Assembly: GCA_039545335.1 (NCBI GenBank) | Contig: BCIN01000001.1 | Coordinates: 2,105,129-2,169,128, forward strand | Origin: Kondoa subrosea | Lineage: Eukaryota | DNA length: 64,000 bases | Direction: 5' to 3' | Shown here: in pieces, positions 61,930 to 64,000 of the stretch | Layout: the number at the start of each line of letters is the position of its first letter | How positions within the stretch are numbered: position 1 is the stretch's first letter | The notes under the pieces: model-generated | Seen by the model: only the letters and a program-made list of their open reading frames with translations | Told to the model about the DNA's origin: nothing | Database searches by the model: none | Position numbers and translations under genes: made by a program

Positions 61930-63959
61930 CTAAGCATTCTCTTCGAATAGCTCGTTGAAGTACTTCAGCTTCGAGCAAATACTCGATGCCAATCATCAGT
62001 ATATTGACGCATGACGAGGCAAAGAAACTCACCCTGCGATCTCATCCTGCCCGCTAGCGCTTTCTTCTCCTGTCTTTGATCCGATCCGAGGAATGAGTCT
62101 TCCGAGTAAAGCTCGCAAAGCCATCGTAAACTGTATACTATTGAATAAAGACAAACGCATGAACAGAGCGCTCACATCACTTGGCTGATAGTCCACCTGT
62201 TCAAGTTGATCAATTTCGGAAAGACTTGCAGCCGCTTCGAGGTTGACGGCCAATTCGTGCAGCGTCAGGAGTTTCTTCGCACTCACTCAATCGGATTCAG
62301 CTAAAATAGTACGTGGAAGTACCTTCTCTCTAGCCCTCGATTCCAACCAGAGCCTCTCTTCGGCACGCAATTCTTTAGCAGTCGATGCGCGTTGTTTCTC
62401 AATCTGCTTCAGCTCGGTCTTTAGCTTCTTCTGCTTGTTGCCAACTCCTGAAGCCGTGCTTTGATTTGTCTTGGGAATAGGCTTAGCTCATTAGGTCAAT
62501 CATGATTTCAGCTGACCCACATCGATATGCAGCAACTTGCCAGCGGAAACCGTGAATGCAGTGAGTGTTTTCTTCAGTCGAGTATATTCGGTTTTTGGCA
62601 TCTTCGAATTCGAAGTACTACTCACTTGTGGTCAGCACAAATCCAATTCAAGTCAGTTTAATACCGACAGAGTGTCCTCTTCTGCATCATGGAGTAAATC
62701 CACCACTAGGCTTTCAAAATCCTCATCATCTTCTTCCAAAACGGAAGCTTTACGTTTGCCTTTGGTCTTCTTCGTGGTAGCGGTAATCTCATCATTCGAA
62801 CCGAGGACCTTCTTCTTCGCTGATGCTTTGGATTTGGCTTGTGCCTTCGCCTTGACAGGTGGTTTCTCTTTGACAACTGATCTGATTGAACTTTTAGAAG
62901 TACTAGCTGTAGCCTGAGCTTCAAACTGGACATCAGGCTCTTCTTGATCAAGTTGTTCTTCAGTGACTTCAGATATAGGCGATTGCAGCTTCTTCGGTCG
63001 TCCAGGTTTGCGTTTAACAGCTATCTCCTTCTCTTTCGATGTAGCAACGGGTTTTTGTGAGGATGCAGGTTTAGACTTTGACAAAGGATCAGCTGGAAGT
63101 GCTTTCTTTCGCTTGACGACTTTTGGTACGAGAACCGGTTCTTGTGCTTCTTGATCTATTTCTTGGTCCACAATGACATCAAACACACTTTCAATGATTT
63201 TACCCTTGCCTTTGCCCCTCGCGCCGGATTCACTGTTGATGCTGGAATTCTTCGACTTGTTCGCATCGCTCTTCTTGCTGTTAGCAGAGACTCCTTGCTT
63301 TGTTGCAGCTGACGCAGGTATGCTGGATTTAGAGGTATCTGGAAGCGCAACAGCGGCGGAAGCTAGAGCAGGAGCGGTAGAAACAGGTAATTTATCGTTA
63401 GCCTTGCTTTTGGCAGGCGATTTCCTTCTTGCGAACCCTTCTTTTGATTTCTTGTTGGCGGAAGAAACTTTACTGTCCACAAATGGACTTTGACTCGTCT
63501 GAATATCCTCTTCTTCCGCGTCTGCAGAAGCAGGTCTCCGTATTGTACTCTGAGAAGATTTGATAAAGAGCCCTGCTTCACTTGCATCTTTGGAAGCGGA
63601 ACCGTTAGTAGCTTTAGGCTTGAACCGCTTCTTTGGTATGACTGAATCTTCTCCATCCGAACTTTCATGAGCGCGTTTCCTTTCAGGTGAAGGTCGAATA
63701 GTCAGAGTTTGGTTTGTAGCTGTCATCGTAGTTGTAGTAGTTTGTGTAAAGAAAGCCATTTGAGAGGGGAGAGTGAAAGCCGCCTCGCTGAAGAATTGCG
63801 AAAGATGGGTATGTCAGATGATACTCCCGTACAAAGACGAGATTGAGCGTACTCTCTGTTTCCTCGACGACGAGCTTCCTTTTTCTCTTCCCTAGTAAGT
63901 ATTCGACCGGGCGTAGGCACCTTGGGCAATGCTGAGGCAGCTTGCGCGATTTCATTCAT
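61930..63959 (-). CDS. AT-hook, coiled-coil protein, possibly kinetochore CENP-U/Ame1/Mis17-like
   Basis: REEKKEARRRG, long Lys/Ser-rich disordered region, AT-hook KRKPGRPKK, C-terminal coiled coil, ending GICSKLKYFNELFEENA*. Frame is open to the window edge, so the start may lie outside. Confidence 0.55.
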
Positions 63960-64000
63960 GCTTGGGACCTTCAATGGAGACGGCGAAGGGGAGAAGACAG

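Noticed and set aside
1..64000. CRISPR arrays, prokaryotic operons, transposons, TGA-CTA read-through PTS1 signals, and most antisense ORFs in the track
   Set aside because: No spaced repeats, transposase/RT motifs or terminal repeats seen; none of the stops checked has the TGA CTA context; antisense ORFs are shadows of the spliced genes.

Overview
Eukaryotic, not prokaryotic: a compact, very intron-rich fungal region, most likely a basidiomycete (possibly Pucciniomycotina; lineage not provable from here). Introns are mostly ~45-60 nt, with many micro-exons, several GC-AG introns and frequent AAG acceptors, so the ORF track shows only fragments. Manual splicing gives 28 protein genes plus one weak candidate: MHF1/CENP-S (partial), an AAA+ ATPase, glutaryl-CoA dehydrogenase, a D-2-hydroxyacid dehydrogenase, TIM50, TOM7, a GHITM/BI-1 protein, a half-size MetE-like protein, a WW/Gly-rich protein, ROM2, SEC1, CCT5, a DUF1752/DUF3295 protein, a Yip1-family protein, POT1, HEN1, a GPI-type protein, SARAF, alkaline phosphatase, mS45, LEU5, XRN1, a small mitochondrial protein, a SAP protein, a DUF6534-like membrane protein, a GMC oxidoreductase, a CENP-U-like protein, and a 9-exon 112-aa orphan absent from the ORF track. 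The most striking unexplained signal is a ~290-nt densely base-paired element (28570-28856, minus-strand polarity) between CCT5 and the DUF1752 gene. It contains a hairpin directly followed by a terminally repeated C-rich 15-mer resembling a telomerase template; that reading is a hypothesis only. No tRNA, rRNA, CRISPR or transposon was recognised. All models and family calls are by eye, without database searches.
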